From the IMG/VR virus record IMGVR_UViG_3300009610_000003, positions 1 through 64,000 of that record: a stretch of 64,000 bases of DNA; one strand, written 5' to 3'. Below are positions 1-9,120 of this stretch, piece by piece; position 1 is the first letter of the stretch; every line of letters begins with the position of its first letter. Source of the DNA: a virus. The notes beneath the pieces were generated by a model. The model was not told the DNA's origin and made no database searches. It was given only the letters and a program-made list of their open reading frames with translations. Made by a program: the position numbers and the translations under genes.

Positions 1-2
1 CC

Positions 3-194
3 GCCGTTCACCAGCCGGGTCGTCACCTCCCGGTCAAGCGCGGTCGGGTAAGAGGCGCTGTAGGCGGGAAGCTCAATACCCAGCACTTCGGCGTAGACCA
101 TGCGGAAAAGCCCCCAGCAGTCGGCCCCGGCCCGCGTGCGGCCCCCGTCTTCCCACGGGATGCCAATGTAGGGTTCGAAATCACGCGGGGTCAC
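3..194 (-). CDS. NlpC/P60-family tail tip protein (partial, runs off window start)
   Basis: Hand translation VTPRDFEPYIGIPWEDGGRTRAGADCWGLFRMVY has the DCWG motif; GTGA overlap with stop of the upstream gene. Confidence 0.8.
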   Translation of the reverse strand, partial: MTPRDFEPYIGIPWEDGGRTRAGADCWGLFRMVYAEVLGIELPAYSASYPTALDREVTTRLVNG

Positions 195-703
195 ACGAAA
201 ATCCCCGGAAAACCCGCCGGGGCGAACAGGCCCGCCGGGATGGGCTCGTCTTCGGCGGCATCCAGCCCGATGTCGAATGTGATGATGTCGCTGTTGCGGG
301 TGAACCCACGCAAATCCATCGTCGGGAAAGGTATCTGCACGGTGTCCACCGCGCTGGCCGCGACGATGACGAGGTCGCAGGTGCCGCGCTGTATCATGCT
401 GGCCGTGAACGCCACCATGGCCCCGGTAACGTTCTCAACGACCAGTTGCATCCGGGGCGGGCGGTCGGCCATGTCGGTGGGCAGGCGCAGGCTCAAGGGG
501 CGATAGGTGTAGGTCACGCCGCCGCTGATCGTGCCCCAGACCATCTCGGGATTGTTCGAAAGCACCACCGTGTCGTCGCCGCTCAACCGGATGATTTCGG
601 TCGTGTCCGGGTGCTTCAGCGTGATGAGCATGATTGCCATCTCGTCGCTTTCCTGAAGCTGCATCTGCGCCCGGAAGTTCAGCGATATGGTCGTCTTGCT
701 CAT
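191..703 (-). CDS. minor tail protein (DUF1833-like)
   Basis: 170 aa lying between the distal tail gene and NlpC/P60; LITLKHP...IIRL and LRLP motifs typical of this position. Confidence 0.65.
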   Translation of the reverse strand: MSKTTISLNFRAQMQLQESDEMAIMLITLKHPDTTEIIRLSGDDTVVLSNNPEMVWGTISGGVTYTYRPLSLRLPTDMADRPPRMQLVVENVTGAMVAFTASMIQRGTCDLVIVAASAVDTVQIPFPTMDLRGFTRNSDIITFDIGLDAAEDEPIPAGLFAPAGFPGIFV

Positions 704-1620
704 GTCTCAAAGATTTCCAGTTCCATGTTCACGGCCCACACGTCGCCGCCCATATGGAGGGGCTGCGGAGGTGCGCCGCCGGGCCTGAAGCGAGTGACAG
801 GCATGGTGTCACCCGGCGTCGGCATGAACTCGGTGGCCGAGGGGGCTTTTTCCATCTGCACGCCACCGATGCGCAGCGTGATGTCCACCAGCAGGCCCAC
901 CACGGCCCGGACGCGGATGCGCGACTGCATGGCGGACAGGCCGGTTACCGTTGGCGTCCATGAATGCTGGTGTCGCTGGGTGACCAGCGCCTCGTTGGTC
1001 AGCTTCGGCAAAATGTCGAACAGGTTGCTGGCCGAAGGCGTACTGACCATGACCAATTGTATCATGGAAACATTGACCGTAGTTCCAGCAATAAGCCTGA
1101 CGTAATTGCTATGCGTGAACCGTCCCGTGGAAGTTGGCGCGGAAGACACATAAGTAACATCGTGAATAAGCCCGCTGGTCGCGTAGCCGTTAAACCTCAA
1201 ATCTATATAGGGGATGCCGCCTTCGGTGCTAAACCCTTCAACTTCTCTTGCAATACCGTTCTGCGTGGTTCCCCCGACCCAGCCGGTGGGCAGGGTTCCG
1301 GGGACACCGACTGCGGCCCCGACCTGAGTGCTGTTGGGGATGAGGTTGCGCCGCCAGCCGTAGCCGAAAATCGGGTCGGGAAAGTAGAAGGGCAATTTCC
1401 CGTCCAGCGTGTCGGTCTTCCAGAATTTGCGCAGCCGTTCCAACTGGGTCTTGGTCATGTGCATGACGCCCGTGACGGGGCGGGCCATGGCGGTCATGCG
1501 CGAGCGGATCAGCGCCGGGCCGACTTCCGCGTTGGTCGCCAGCCGGTTGTCGGCGAAGCTGTCCTGAAAGCCGTCCCGCGTGAACTGCTGGGGCAATGTG
1601 TCGGGCCAAGTCGCTGGCAT
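700..1620 (-). CDS. distal tail protein with an inserted carbohydrate-binding-like module
   Basis: WPDTLP...GPALIRSR...FWKTDTLDGKLPFYFPDP N-terminus and VNMELEI C-terminus, split by an RNLIPNS...GGVQMEKAPSATEFMPT insert; directly follows the tape measure. Confidence 0.7.
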   Translation of the reverse strand: MPATWPDTLPQQFTRDGFQDSFADNRLATNAEVGPALIRSRMTAMARPVTGVMHMTKTQLERLRKFWKTDTLDGKLPFYFPDPIFGYGWRRNLIPNSTQVGAAVGVPGTLPTGWVGGTTQNGIAREVEGFSTEGGIPYIDLRFNGYATSGLIHDVTYVSSAPTSTGRFTHSNYVRLIAGTTVNVSMIQLVMVSTPSASNLFDILPKLTNEALVTQRHQHSWTPTVTGLSAMQSRIRVRAVVGLLVDITLRIGGVQMEKAPSATEFMPTPGDTMPVTRFRPGGAPPQPLHMGGDVWAVNMELEIFET

Positions 1621-1621
1621 T

Positions 1622-4600
1622 TTATCTCGGCCTCAATCTCTCGGTGACCGCGAACTTGGAACGTATCGCATTGTTCGACGCCGTGCCGCGCTGGTCGATC
1701 TGGGTAGCCACCAGCCGGTCAACCATCACGTCGATGGTCATGCCCTTGTTGTCCTTGGTCTGCTTGGTGGTGACCTTTGCGCCGGAATAGTTGTGGACGT
1801 TCACGAAGGCGTTGCCGCCCATCATGGCCTGTGCCGACGCCATCGATGGGAACACCGGCTCGCCCCGCCGCAGCACCGCCGGATACTCGTCGGCCCCGAA
1901 CTTCTTGATGTTGCCGTTGTGCAGGCGCGGCGCGTTCTCAAAGGTCCGCATGAATGCACCCATGTCCCAGCCGCCCGGCTGCGGGTCGGCTTTCAGCCCT
2001 GCGGGTGTGTCGATGAACGGGTCTGATGCGCCCCAGACAAGCTTGCCCTTGGCGTCAACAAGCTCGCCATATTTATTGACCTTGTTGGAACCCTTGTAGC
2101 GGATGACGGTGCCATCATCGACATAGGCAGCGGCTGTTTCTACTTTTTTGCCGAATGATTTTATCGAACCGAGAAACTTGGAAATACCCTCCCCGGTTAC
2201 GACGCTTGCTTTGAAGGAAGCCAGAAGCTCAGGCATCAGGCTATCTATCGCGGCACTCTTGTTCTTGTAGACCAGTTCACCTTTCTGCAAGACAGCGGGG
2301 TATTCGTCGCTCGCGAACAGGTTGGCATTGCCATCGTGGAACCGGGGCGCGGTCAGCCACGGTATCATGTTGGGGAAGCGCCGCGACGCGCCGCCCATGC
2401 CGACGATGCCGCCATTGTGGTACAGGCCGCCACCGCCAGACATGATGGCCGCATTTGCCTGCGGGCTGATGAGCGCACCCGCCGCGCTGTTGTAGCCGCC
2501 ACCGCCACCAAACATCTTGGCTATGCTGCCAAAGAACCCGCCACCGCCGCCCGAGGGCGCAGCCGGGAACTGAGACAGCGCGCTCGCCGCCTTGGTTGCG
2601 ACTGAACCCATCTCGCCGATGCCGCTGACAGCTTCCGTGGACGCCTTGGTGACGCTGGTCAGTGCGCTGGCCGACTTGGTGGCCGCGTCCGCAGCGGCCT
2701 TGGTGGATTTGGTCAGTTCATCGGCAACGTCCACGCCGCCACCACCGCCCATGCCGAACGCGCCACTCAATGGCACCGGGCGTGCATTTTCCAAACCCTG
2801 CCTGACACCAATGCGGGCCGGGCCGCGCCCGTACCATGGTTGCCAGCTTTTGTTTCTGGCAGCTTCGTTCAAACCGAATTCGATGTTCTGACGCCACGTC
2901 CTTGGGTCAGAAACGCTTAGCCCGGTTTCCCTTTCAAAGGCATCGCCGAGGCCGCCGCCCTTGAGAAGCTGCATGGCACCATAGGACGTTTCCTGCCGAC
3001 CCTGTTTCTTGCCAACGAGCGACTGCCATATGCCCGGCTGCAACCCCTCATGCTTCATCAGTTTAACCGCAGTACCTACGTCTATGTTGCGAACTCTCGC
3101 CGCATTCTCGGCGAACGCTACCATCTCCTCATAAGGGGCCAGCCCCAAGACACTGCTACCCGATAAAGCACCGCCGCCATAACCACCGGGGGCATAGTTC
3201 GCCGGGTTCTTGCCAGCCGCCGCCGCCGTGAATGGGTTCAACCCGTCGATGACCGCCCCGACGACACCACCAGTGCCACCACCACCATTATTTGTGCCCA
3301 GTACATCGCCAACGACATCGCCGACCACCCCGGCCAAGCCGCCGCCTTGACCTGCCGCGCCGCCTGTTCCGGGAACGCCGAATATGGCGTCCAAAATCTG
3401 GTTGATCAGCTTGTCGATGATCTTGTCCAGCGTGCGCTGGGCCGCGCCGACGATGGCCTTGATAAGGGCCTCGCCCATGTCGTCGCCACCCTCAATGAGG
3501 GCGTCCGACATGCTGTGCATAAAGTCGCTGGCGGTGGCGCGGCCCATGTCGCGCCATTCCTGCGCGTCTGCCGCTGCCCGTTCCTGTCGGCTCGTCTCGC
3601 GCATGTAATCCGCTTCGGGGCCGGTCGTGCTGAGGCCCGTGCCCCGGAGCTTTTGCGCGATGCTCTTCTCTTCGGCGCTCAGCCCAATAAGCGAGCGCTC
3701 AAAGATCAGGTCTTGAACCAGCTTCTTCTGGTTCAGCATGTCCACCTGCTCGCCATAAGCGGCAGTTGTTTCCTTGATCAGGTCAAGCACCGCCTGATCC
3801 ATTTCGATGCCATGCTCAAGGGCATACATCTTGTATTCGTACGTGCGCTGGTACTCTTCGCGCAACGCGGCCTGCTCGCCCGCCGTCTTGCCGATCAGCG
3901 CCATTTCCAGTTCTTGCTTAGCCAGCAGGTCGTCCATCGCCTGTGTCCGTGTCCGGGTGGCGTCGGCGTGTTCCTGCTGTATCTTCAGCGCTTCATCTTC
4001 ACCTGCGATGGCGATTTCCCGGTCACGCTGGGCACCCTTGACGATATTCGCCGCCGCCGCTTCGGCCTTGGCCGCCGCGATGCGCTCGGCGTCGGTGCGC
4101 GCCGCCGTCTGTTGTCGCCGGGCAGCGATGCGTGCGTCCTCGCGCTCGCGCTCGCGTTCGACACTCTCGTTGTACCCCCGGACACCGCTGTCTGATGTCG
4201 CCTCGCTGCGCCTGAAATTTTCGTTTAGTTCTCTTGCCCGTCTCTGGACGGTTTCAATCTGGTTCAGTGCATCCAGAACTTTGAAAAGTTCTTGGGCGAG
4301 TACAATTGCATCTCGGGCCTGTTCTTCAAGACCATTATCCCTACCTATCTGTAAGAACTGAGCTATAATTTCTTGCAATACAGTGACTGACAGGTTTTTA
4401 TCGGTGAACCCGACCATCAATCTATTAATGGGGTCTTGGAACGCTGCAAATTTACCCTCAATAGTACTGGCTTCCGCAGCCAGCGTCTTTATACCCTCAG
4501 CAAGGTTCATAAAAGCATTGGGGTCAGTGGCCAATGCCAAATTGGCTTCGGCCAAGCGGTCAACTTCAGCGTTGAATTTCTCAAGATCGGGCGTGCCCGC

Positions 4601-5758
4601 AGCCACCCCAGCGATAAATTCAGCAACAGCATCCTTGTAAAGTTCATAGCCACTAGATTTAGCTTCTTGCTCAAATGTCCGCATATTGCCGCCGCCACCC
4701 ATCAGTATGGTGGACAATATGCCGCCTTGGCCGCTCAAAGCGTCCGTCATGATCTTCAGTTGGTCTTTGGCCTGTTTCTCCAATTGTGACTTGTCGGCAC
4801 TGAACATGCTGAGCGCAAAACCCATACCCCCAGTCGTGATGAGATCGCTCGCGCTCTTCGCCACGTCGCCATACACGTCATCAAGCAGCTTCATCGTGTC
4901 CGAATGCTGCTTCATCGCGTCGTCTAGCGACTTGACTTCCTCCTTGCCCTTGGTGGCCCACTGGATGAACGCCGCGCCGATGCCGATCACCACGATGGGC
5001 AACATGCTGGAAAGCGAGAACATGCTCTTGAGCGCGCCAACGAGGCCCATGACGCCTTCTTTGGCACCGCCCATCATCTGCATACCGGCGGCAAGCTGCG
5101 TGCCTTGCTGCAAGGCGATCATCGCCGGGTTCATGCCCATGGCAGTCGTCACCGCGATGTCCTGAAACTGGTACATCAGGTTCGTCTGCATCATGCCGCG
5201 ACCGGTAGCACCACCGCCCGCCCCACCCGCACGATTGTCGTTCACGCCCTGCTTGCCGCTCTGGCTTGCCAGCTTCTGCTGTTGTTCCTGCAAACGCTGG
5301 AAGGCGATGGTTTCCCGGTTGAGCGCGGCGGTCATCTCGTCCGTGCTGATGGCCCCCAGCGTCTGGGCCATGCGGATTTCAGTCAGGGTCCTTTCATATT
5401 GCGCGCTGGCGGCTTGCAGCGGGGCGTACTTGTTCCTGAGCGCGTCGATGCCCGCCGACATCTTGTTGAAATCAAGCACGTCATTGGAAGGCGCGCGGGT
5501 CTTGATGTTCAGCGCCTGCTCAAGGCGCTTGCCGAAGCTCTCTGCCTGCGCGGCGGTCGCGCCGAGTTGCGCGGCGGTGGTCGTGGACAGCTTGGTGACG
5601 GAAGCGCCCGCCGCCGCCGTCTGCGTGGCGGTGGTCTGCGCAAGACTGACGACAGCAGCTTCGGTCTTCCCGGTCTGAACGGCCAGATTGGCAAGGTCCG
5701 GGACAGCTTCCTTGACGCCAGTCGTGGTGACGACAATACCAAGCTCGGCGGTGGACAT
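1622..5758 (-). CDS. tail tape measure protein with a lysozyme-like domain
   Basis: 1378 aa, Ala-rich helical; YQFQDIAVT...ALQQGTQL motif; HEG...SYGAMQL...WYG muramidase-like segment; DEYPAVL C-terminal motif. Confidence 0.92.
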   Translation of the reverse strand: MSTAELGIVVTTTGVKEAVPDLANLAVQTGKTEAAVVSLAQTTATQTAAAGASVTKLSTTTAAQLGATAAQAESFGKRLEQALNIKTRAPSNDVLDFNKMSAGIDALRNKYAPLQAASAQYERTLTEIRMAQTLGAISTDEMTAALNRETIAFQRLQEQQQKLASQSGKQGVNDNRAGGAGGGATGRGMMQTNLMYQFQDIAVTTAMGMNPAMIALQQGTQLAAGMQMMGGAKEGVMGLVGALKSMFSLSSMLPIVVIGIGAAFIQWATKGKEEVKSLDDAMKQHSDTMKLLDDVYGDVAKSASDLITTGGMGFALSMFSADKSQLEKQAKDQLKIMTDALSGQGGILSTILMGGGGNMRTFEQEAKSSGYELYKDAVAEFIAGVAAGTPDLEKFNAEVDRLAEANLALATDPNAFMNLAEGIKTLAAEASTIEGKFAAFQDPINRLMVGFTDKNLSVTVLQEIIAQFLQIGRDNGLEEQARDAIVLAQELFKVLDALNQIETVQRRARELNENFRRSEATSDSGVRGYNESVEREREREDARIAARRQQTAARTDAERIAAAKAEAAAANIVKGAQRDREIAIAGEDEALKIQQEHADATRTRTQAMDDLLAKQELEMALIGKTAGEQAALREEYQRTYEYKMYALEHGIEMDQAVLDLIKETTAAYGEQVDMLNQKKLVQDLIFERSLIGLSAEEKSIAQKLRGTGLSTTGPEADYMRETSRQERAAADAQEWRDMGRATASDFMHSMSDALIEGGDDMGEALIKAIVGAAQRTLDKIIDKLINQILDAIFGVPGTGGAAGQGGGLAGVVGDVVGDVLGTNNGGGGTGGVVGAVIDGLNPFTAAAAGKNPANYAPGGYGGGALSGSSVLGLAPYEEMVAFAENAARVRNIDVGTAVKLMKHEGLQPGIWQSLVGKKQGRQETSYGAMQLLKGGGLGDAFERETGLSVSDPRTWRQNIEFGLNEAARNKSWQPWYGRGPARIGVRQGLENARPVPLSGAFGMGGGGGVDVADELTKSTKAAADAATKSASALTSVTKASTEAVSGIGEMGSVATKAASALSQFPAAPSGGGGGFFGSIAKMFGGGGGYNSAAGALISPQANAAIMSGGGGLYHNGGIVGMGGASRRFPNMIPWLTAPRFHDGNANLFASDEYPAVLQKGELVYKNKSAAIDSLMPELLASFKASVVTGEGISKFLGSIKSFGKKVETAAAYVDDGTVIRYKGSNKVNKYGELVDAKGKLVWGASDPFIDTPAGLKADPQPGGWDMGAFMRTFENAPRLHNGNIKKFGADEYPAVLRRGEPVFPSMASAQAMMGGNAFVNVHNYSGAKVTTKQTKDNKGMTIDVMVDRLVATQIDQRGTASNNAIRSKFAVTERLRPR

Positions 5759-6081
5759 CAGTCGTCACCCCGCTTGTGTCGTGGCAGGTTGTCGTTGTTG
5801 AAGATGCTGTCGAAAAGCTCTGCTGTCAGGGGCCGTGGCGACAGGGTTTCACCGGGAATGGCCGCTTCCGGCACCTTCTCCGCTTCGTCCTTGTCGTGAA
5901 GCGCTTGCAGGTAGGCGATGTCCATTTCCAGAAGCACTCGCAATTCCCACTGGGCCAGCGTCCTGCGTGTCAGCCTGCACCACGCTTCAATTTCCCGGTA
6001 TTCCAGACTGAGCGGCCCGCTGTAACCGGGCCGCCTTGTCCAGCACAATTCCCGGAAATAGCCGAACAGGTACTCGGCCAC
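5758..6081 (-). CDS. tail assembly chaperone, C-terminal frameshift segment (gpT-like)
   Basis: PLSLEYREIEAWCRL...LEMDIAY motif; frame stays open back to the slippery site at 6153-6159. Confidence 0.8.
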   Translation of the reverse strand: MAEYLFGYFRELCWTRRPGYSGPLSLEYREIEAWCRLTRRTLAQWELRVLLEMDIAYLQALHDKDEAEKVPEAAIPGETLSPRPLTAELFDSIFNNDNLPRHKRGDD

Positions 6082-6125
6082 ATCCGGGAAGACAGGCTTA
6101 CGCCCCTTGACCCACTCTTTGATCG

Positions 6126-6599
6126 CTACTCCACACTTGTGTTCGATGACGTGAAAAAAGCCGACCGTCGCCCTGCCCGCTCGGCCACCTGATCACGGAT
6201 GAACGGGAAGCGGACGTAGATCGCATAGGCGTTCTCTTCGGTGCATTCCAGAAGCACGCCGTCCACCTTGAACGGCGACCATGAAATCGTGGATGACGCC
6301 AAGCCCCTCGTCTGCCGGTCGTACAGTTCCTGTGCCGTGAGCGGGGTCGGATCGTCGCTGGCCATGCGCTCGCTCGCCAGCTTTTCGATGGCCTTGCGCT
6401 GGCGCGTGCTGTCAGGCCCCGCCACCTTGATCGTGAAGCCGATCTTCTTCCCGTTGGGGTCTTTCACATCGACATCCAGCCCGGCTTCCTGCGCGGCCTG
6501 CATGGCGTCGAACCGCGACAGGTCGAACAGTTCCATCGCGGCTTCCGTCTTCGTTGCATCGTTCAAGTCTGTCACTCCCGGTTTGCGCCTGCGTGTCAT
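6126..6599 (-). CDS. tail assembly chaperone (gpG-like); true start may be the internal MELFDL
   Basis: IKVAGPDS motif; ends AFFTSS over a T TTT TTC heptamer; sits between tail tube and tape measure. Confidence 0.8.
   Translation of the reverse strand: MTRRRKPGVTDLNDATKTEAAMELFDLSRFDAMQAAQEAGLDVDVKDPNGKKIGFTIKVAGPDSTRQRKAIEKLASERMASDDPTPLTAQELYDRQTRGLASSTISWSPFKVDGVLLECTEENAYAIYVRFPFIRDQVAERAGRRSAFFTSSNTSVE
6153..6159 (-). other. predicted -1 programmed ribosomal frameshift site T TTT TTC
   Basis: GCT TTT TTC in the chaperone frame; the -1 frame reads HVIEHKCGVAIKEWVKGRKPVFPDVAEYLF without a stop into 5758..6081. Confidence 0.8.
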
Positions 6600-7225
6600 T
6601 CGGCAGGCGGTGGTTCAGGCACAGGCTCTGCCGGGGGCTCGGGCTCCGGTATCTCTTCCACCGTGGCCCCTTCCGGCACCTCGTCGCCTTCCTGAAGCTC
6701 CACCTTACGACCATCTGGCATCGTCGCCATCAACAATGTGCCCTGCGTCGCCGCCGTGTTGACGATATTGGAATTGATTTCGATGGTGGCGTTCAGGGTC
6801 TGCACCGTGTTCGCGCCGCCGCCCGCAGCCTGACTTTGCATCGCCAGACCGTAGAACAGGCGCGTGCTGTTGAGCGCGCCGCCGCCCGTGCCCTTGTCGT
6901 TCAATTCGACCTTGAAGGCATAGTTCTGCACGGCTTGGGACGCGGCCAATATCTTGATCTGGCCGGGGTCGAGCGCATCCACGGCGAACACGTTCGCCAT
7001 GGTGCCAGCATTGTCCGTGCCCTTCTGCTTCGTCGTGCGGCTCTGGCCGATGACATCGGTGCTGATCAGTTGGGCAGTGTCGCCGTAGCTGCCCATCTGC
7101 GTCCACTTCTTGACTTCGACCCACGTCACGCTGCCGTAATCGCCAGCCACGGCGTCCTGCGCAAGCTCTGTGAAGGGCAGGTTGCTGACATAGAACTTGC
7201 AACCGGCGACCGGGTACAGCGGCAT
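6596..7225 (-). CDS. major tail tube protein paralogue 3, with acidic Pro-rich C-terminal extension
   Basis: MPLYPVAGCKFY...GSYGDTAQL...KQKGTDNAG...IEINSNIV, near-identical in layout to the two neighbours. Confidence 0.8.
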   Translation of the reverse strand: MPLYPVAGCKFYVSNLPFTELAQDAVAGDYGSVTWVEVKKWTQMGSYGDTAQLISTDVIGQSRTTKQKGTDNAGTMANVFAVDALDPGQIKILAASQAVQNYAFKVELNDKGTGGGALNSTRLFYGLAMQSQAAGGGANTVQTLNATIEINSNIVNTAATQGTLLMATMPDGRKVELQEGDEVPEGATVEEIPEPEPPAEPVPEPPPAE

Positions 7226-7237
7226 AGCGGACCTCCG

Positions 7238-7711
7238 TTATGTCGCGACGGTAGCGACAATATTCGAGTTGATTTCCACGGTCATGTTCAGGGTCTGCAC
7301 GGTATTAGCGCCGCCACCGGCTTCCTGAGACTGCATACACAGCCCATAGAACAATCGCGTACTGTTGAGCGTGGCGATCTTGTCGTTCAGTTCGACCTTG
7401 AAGGCATAATTCTGCACCGATTGTGCCGCCGCGATAGATTTCAACTGACCGGGGTCAGTGTTTGCTAGGGCGAAGACATTTGCCATCGTCCCGGCATTCT
7501 TGGTGCCCTTCTGCTTTTTGGTGCGACCCTCGCCGATCAGGTCGGTGGTGATCAACTGGGCCGTGTCGCCGTAGCTGCCCATCTGCGTCCACGACTTCAT
7601 TTCTATCCACGCGACACCGGAATAGTCGCCGACCACGGCATCAACCGCAAGCTCAGTGAACGGGTTGGTGCTTATCCAGAACCTGCACCCTGCGACGGGG
7701 TAAAGCGGCAT
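7238..7711 (-). CDS. major tail tube protein paralogue 2
   Basis: same motifs as its neighbours; own GGAGG ribosome binding site. Confidence 0.8.
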   Translation of the reverse strand: MPLYPVAGCRFWISTNPFTELAVDAVVGDYSGVAWIEMKSWTQMGSYGDTAQLITTDLIGEGRTKKQKGTKNAGTMANVFALANTDPGQLKSIAAAQSVQNYAFKVELNDKIATLNSTRLFYGLCMQSQEAGGGANTVQTLNMTVEINSNIVATVAT

Positions 7712-7726
7712 TGTTGCGCCCTCCGA

Positions 7727-8206
7727 TCAGACCGCCGCAATGGCGACGATGTTGGAATTGATTTCGATGGTGACGTTCAGGGTCTGCACGGTATTAGCGC
7801 CGCCACCGGCTTCCTGCGCAGACATGACGAGCCCGTAGAATTCCCGCAGGCTGTTGTTCACCTGCGCGCCGACCTTGTCGTTCAGTTCGACCTTGAAGGC
7901 ATAATTTGAAATCGACCCCGCTGCCGTGATCGATTTCAACTGGCCGGTGTCGGTGTTCGCCAAGGCGAAGACATTGGCCATGGTGCCAGCGTTCTTCGTC
8001 CCTTTCTGTTTCTTGGTGCGCCCCTCACCGATGAGGTCGGTGGTGATTAGCTGGGCAGTGTCGCCATACGACCCCATCTGTGTCCAGCTTTTCATTTCCA
8101 GCCAGACCACGGCTGAAAAGTCAGCGGCAACAGCATCCACCGCCAACTCAACAAACGGGTTGGTGCTGATATAGAATTTGCAACCTGCGACCGGGTATAG
8201 AGGCAT
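7727..8206 (-). CDS. major tail tube protein paralogue 1
   Basis: KQKGTKNAG and YAFKVELND motifs; follows the tail terminator; AAGGAG ribosome binding site. Confidence 0.82.
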   Translation of the reverse strand: MPLYPVAGCKFYISTNPFVELAVDAVAADFSAVVWLEMKSWTQMGSYGDTAQLITTDLIGEGRTKKQKGTKNAGTMANVFALANTDTGQLKSITAAGSISNYAFKVELNDKVGAQVNNSLREFYGLVMSAQEAGGGANTVQTLNVTIEINSNIVAIAAV

Positions 8207-8221
8207 CTGAGGCTCCTTTCA

Positions 8222-8647
8222 CTATACCGATATAGTTTCGAACGGTACAGTAACCGGGGTTCGCCACCGGTCGCCGTCCACATAACCCCCGGCTACTCTT
8301 GGTCGTGCTGTGATACGCACGCGGGTGCTGCCGGAAGTCAGCACCTTTGCTTGGAAATGCGACGCTATGGTTCCACCCATCTCTTGGGGGTACATCTCAC
8401 CGACATTCAGCGGGCACATGACGGCCAAGCTGAAAATGCCCATGTGCCGGTTCTGCTCGGTCGCGGTGATGGTAACCGTTTCGGGCGTTCCGGGGGAGAA
8501 GCCGACGACGATATATTCGTCGTCCTTGTACTCCCCGTTCTTCGGGTACTGGACGTTCGACCAGACGACGCGGCGACCGCCGGGCAGCGTGTTCAGGTGC
8601 CCTACCAGCGCTTCCAGTATCCGCCCCTCTATGGTCACCGCCACCAT
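8222..8647 (-). CDS. tail terminator-like protein (DUF4128-like)
   Basis: start re-assigned to MVAVTIEG, which abuts the upstream stop; position before tail tube; W.TPVTVPF end. Confidence 0.65.
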   Translation of the reverse strand: MVAVTIEGRILEALVGHLNTLPGGRRVVWSNVQYPKNGEYKDDEYIVVGFSPGTPETVTITATEQNRHMGIFSLAVMCPLNVGEMYPQEMGGTIASHFQAKVLTSGSTRVRITARPRVAGGYVDGDRWRTPVTVPFETISV

Positions 8648-9120
8648 CAGGCCAACCTCTCGGCGAGCCGCTTTTGATTGCTGGCCACGATGGCAGGCCA
8701 CTGCTGAACCGCGTGGTCTACGAAGTGCCGACCCGGCTGGTTGTAGCTTCGACCGAGGCTGTCGGTGCCCGTGAAGCCGTAGTTCTGACGCGCGGCATAG
8801 GCCGCGATGAAGCCGAAGCTGATGGGCGTGCCCATCTCCCACCCGGCGATCAGCGCCTCGATTGCCGCTGCGTTGCCCACCTGCGGACCTGTCGTCTTGC
8901 CATCGGCCTTTGGGTCAATCGGTGGCACCGAGGCCCCGGCCACGCCGACCAGCGAATTCTGCAAGAAGCTGGTGTCCACAGGCATGTTGCCGCCCGCCGA
9001 TACCGGCACCTTCATCAGGCGCACGACTTCCTGCACGCTCTCTTTGATGATGGCTTCGATGAAAATAGGCGTGTCCGCTGCCCATTTCGCAATCTGTGCC
9101 GTGAAAGTGGTCGTCGCCAT
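8647..9120 (-). CDS. HK97 gp10-like tail completion/neck protein
   Basis: GGNMPVDTSFLQNS and AYAARQNYGF motifs. Confidence 0.75.
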   Translation of the reverse strand: MATTTFTAQIAKWAADTPIFIEAIIKESVQEVVRLMKVPVSAGGNMPVDTSFLQNSLVGVAGASVPPIDPKADGKTTGPQVGNAAAIEALIAGWEMGTPISFGFIAAYAARQNYGFTGTDSLGRSYNQPGRHFVDHAVQQWPAIVASNQKRLAERLA

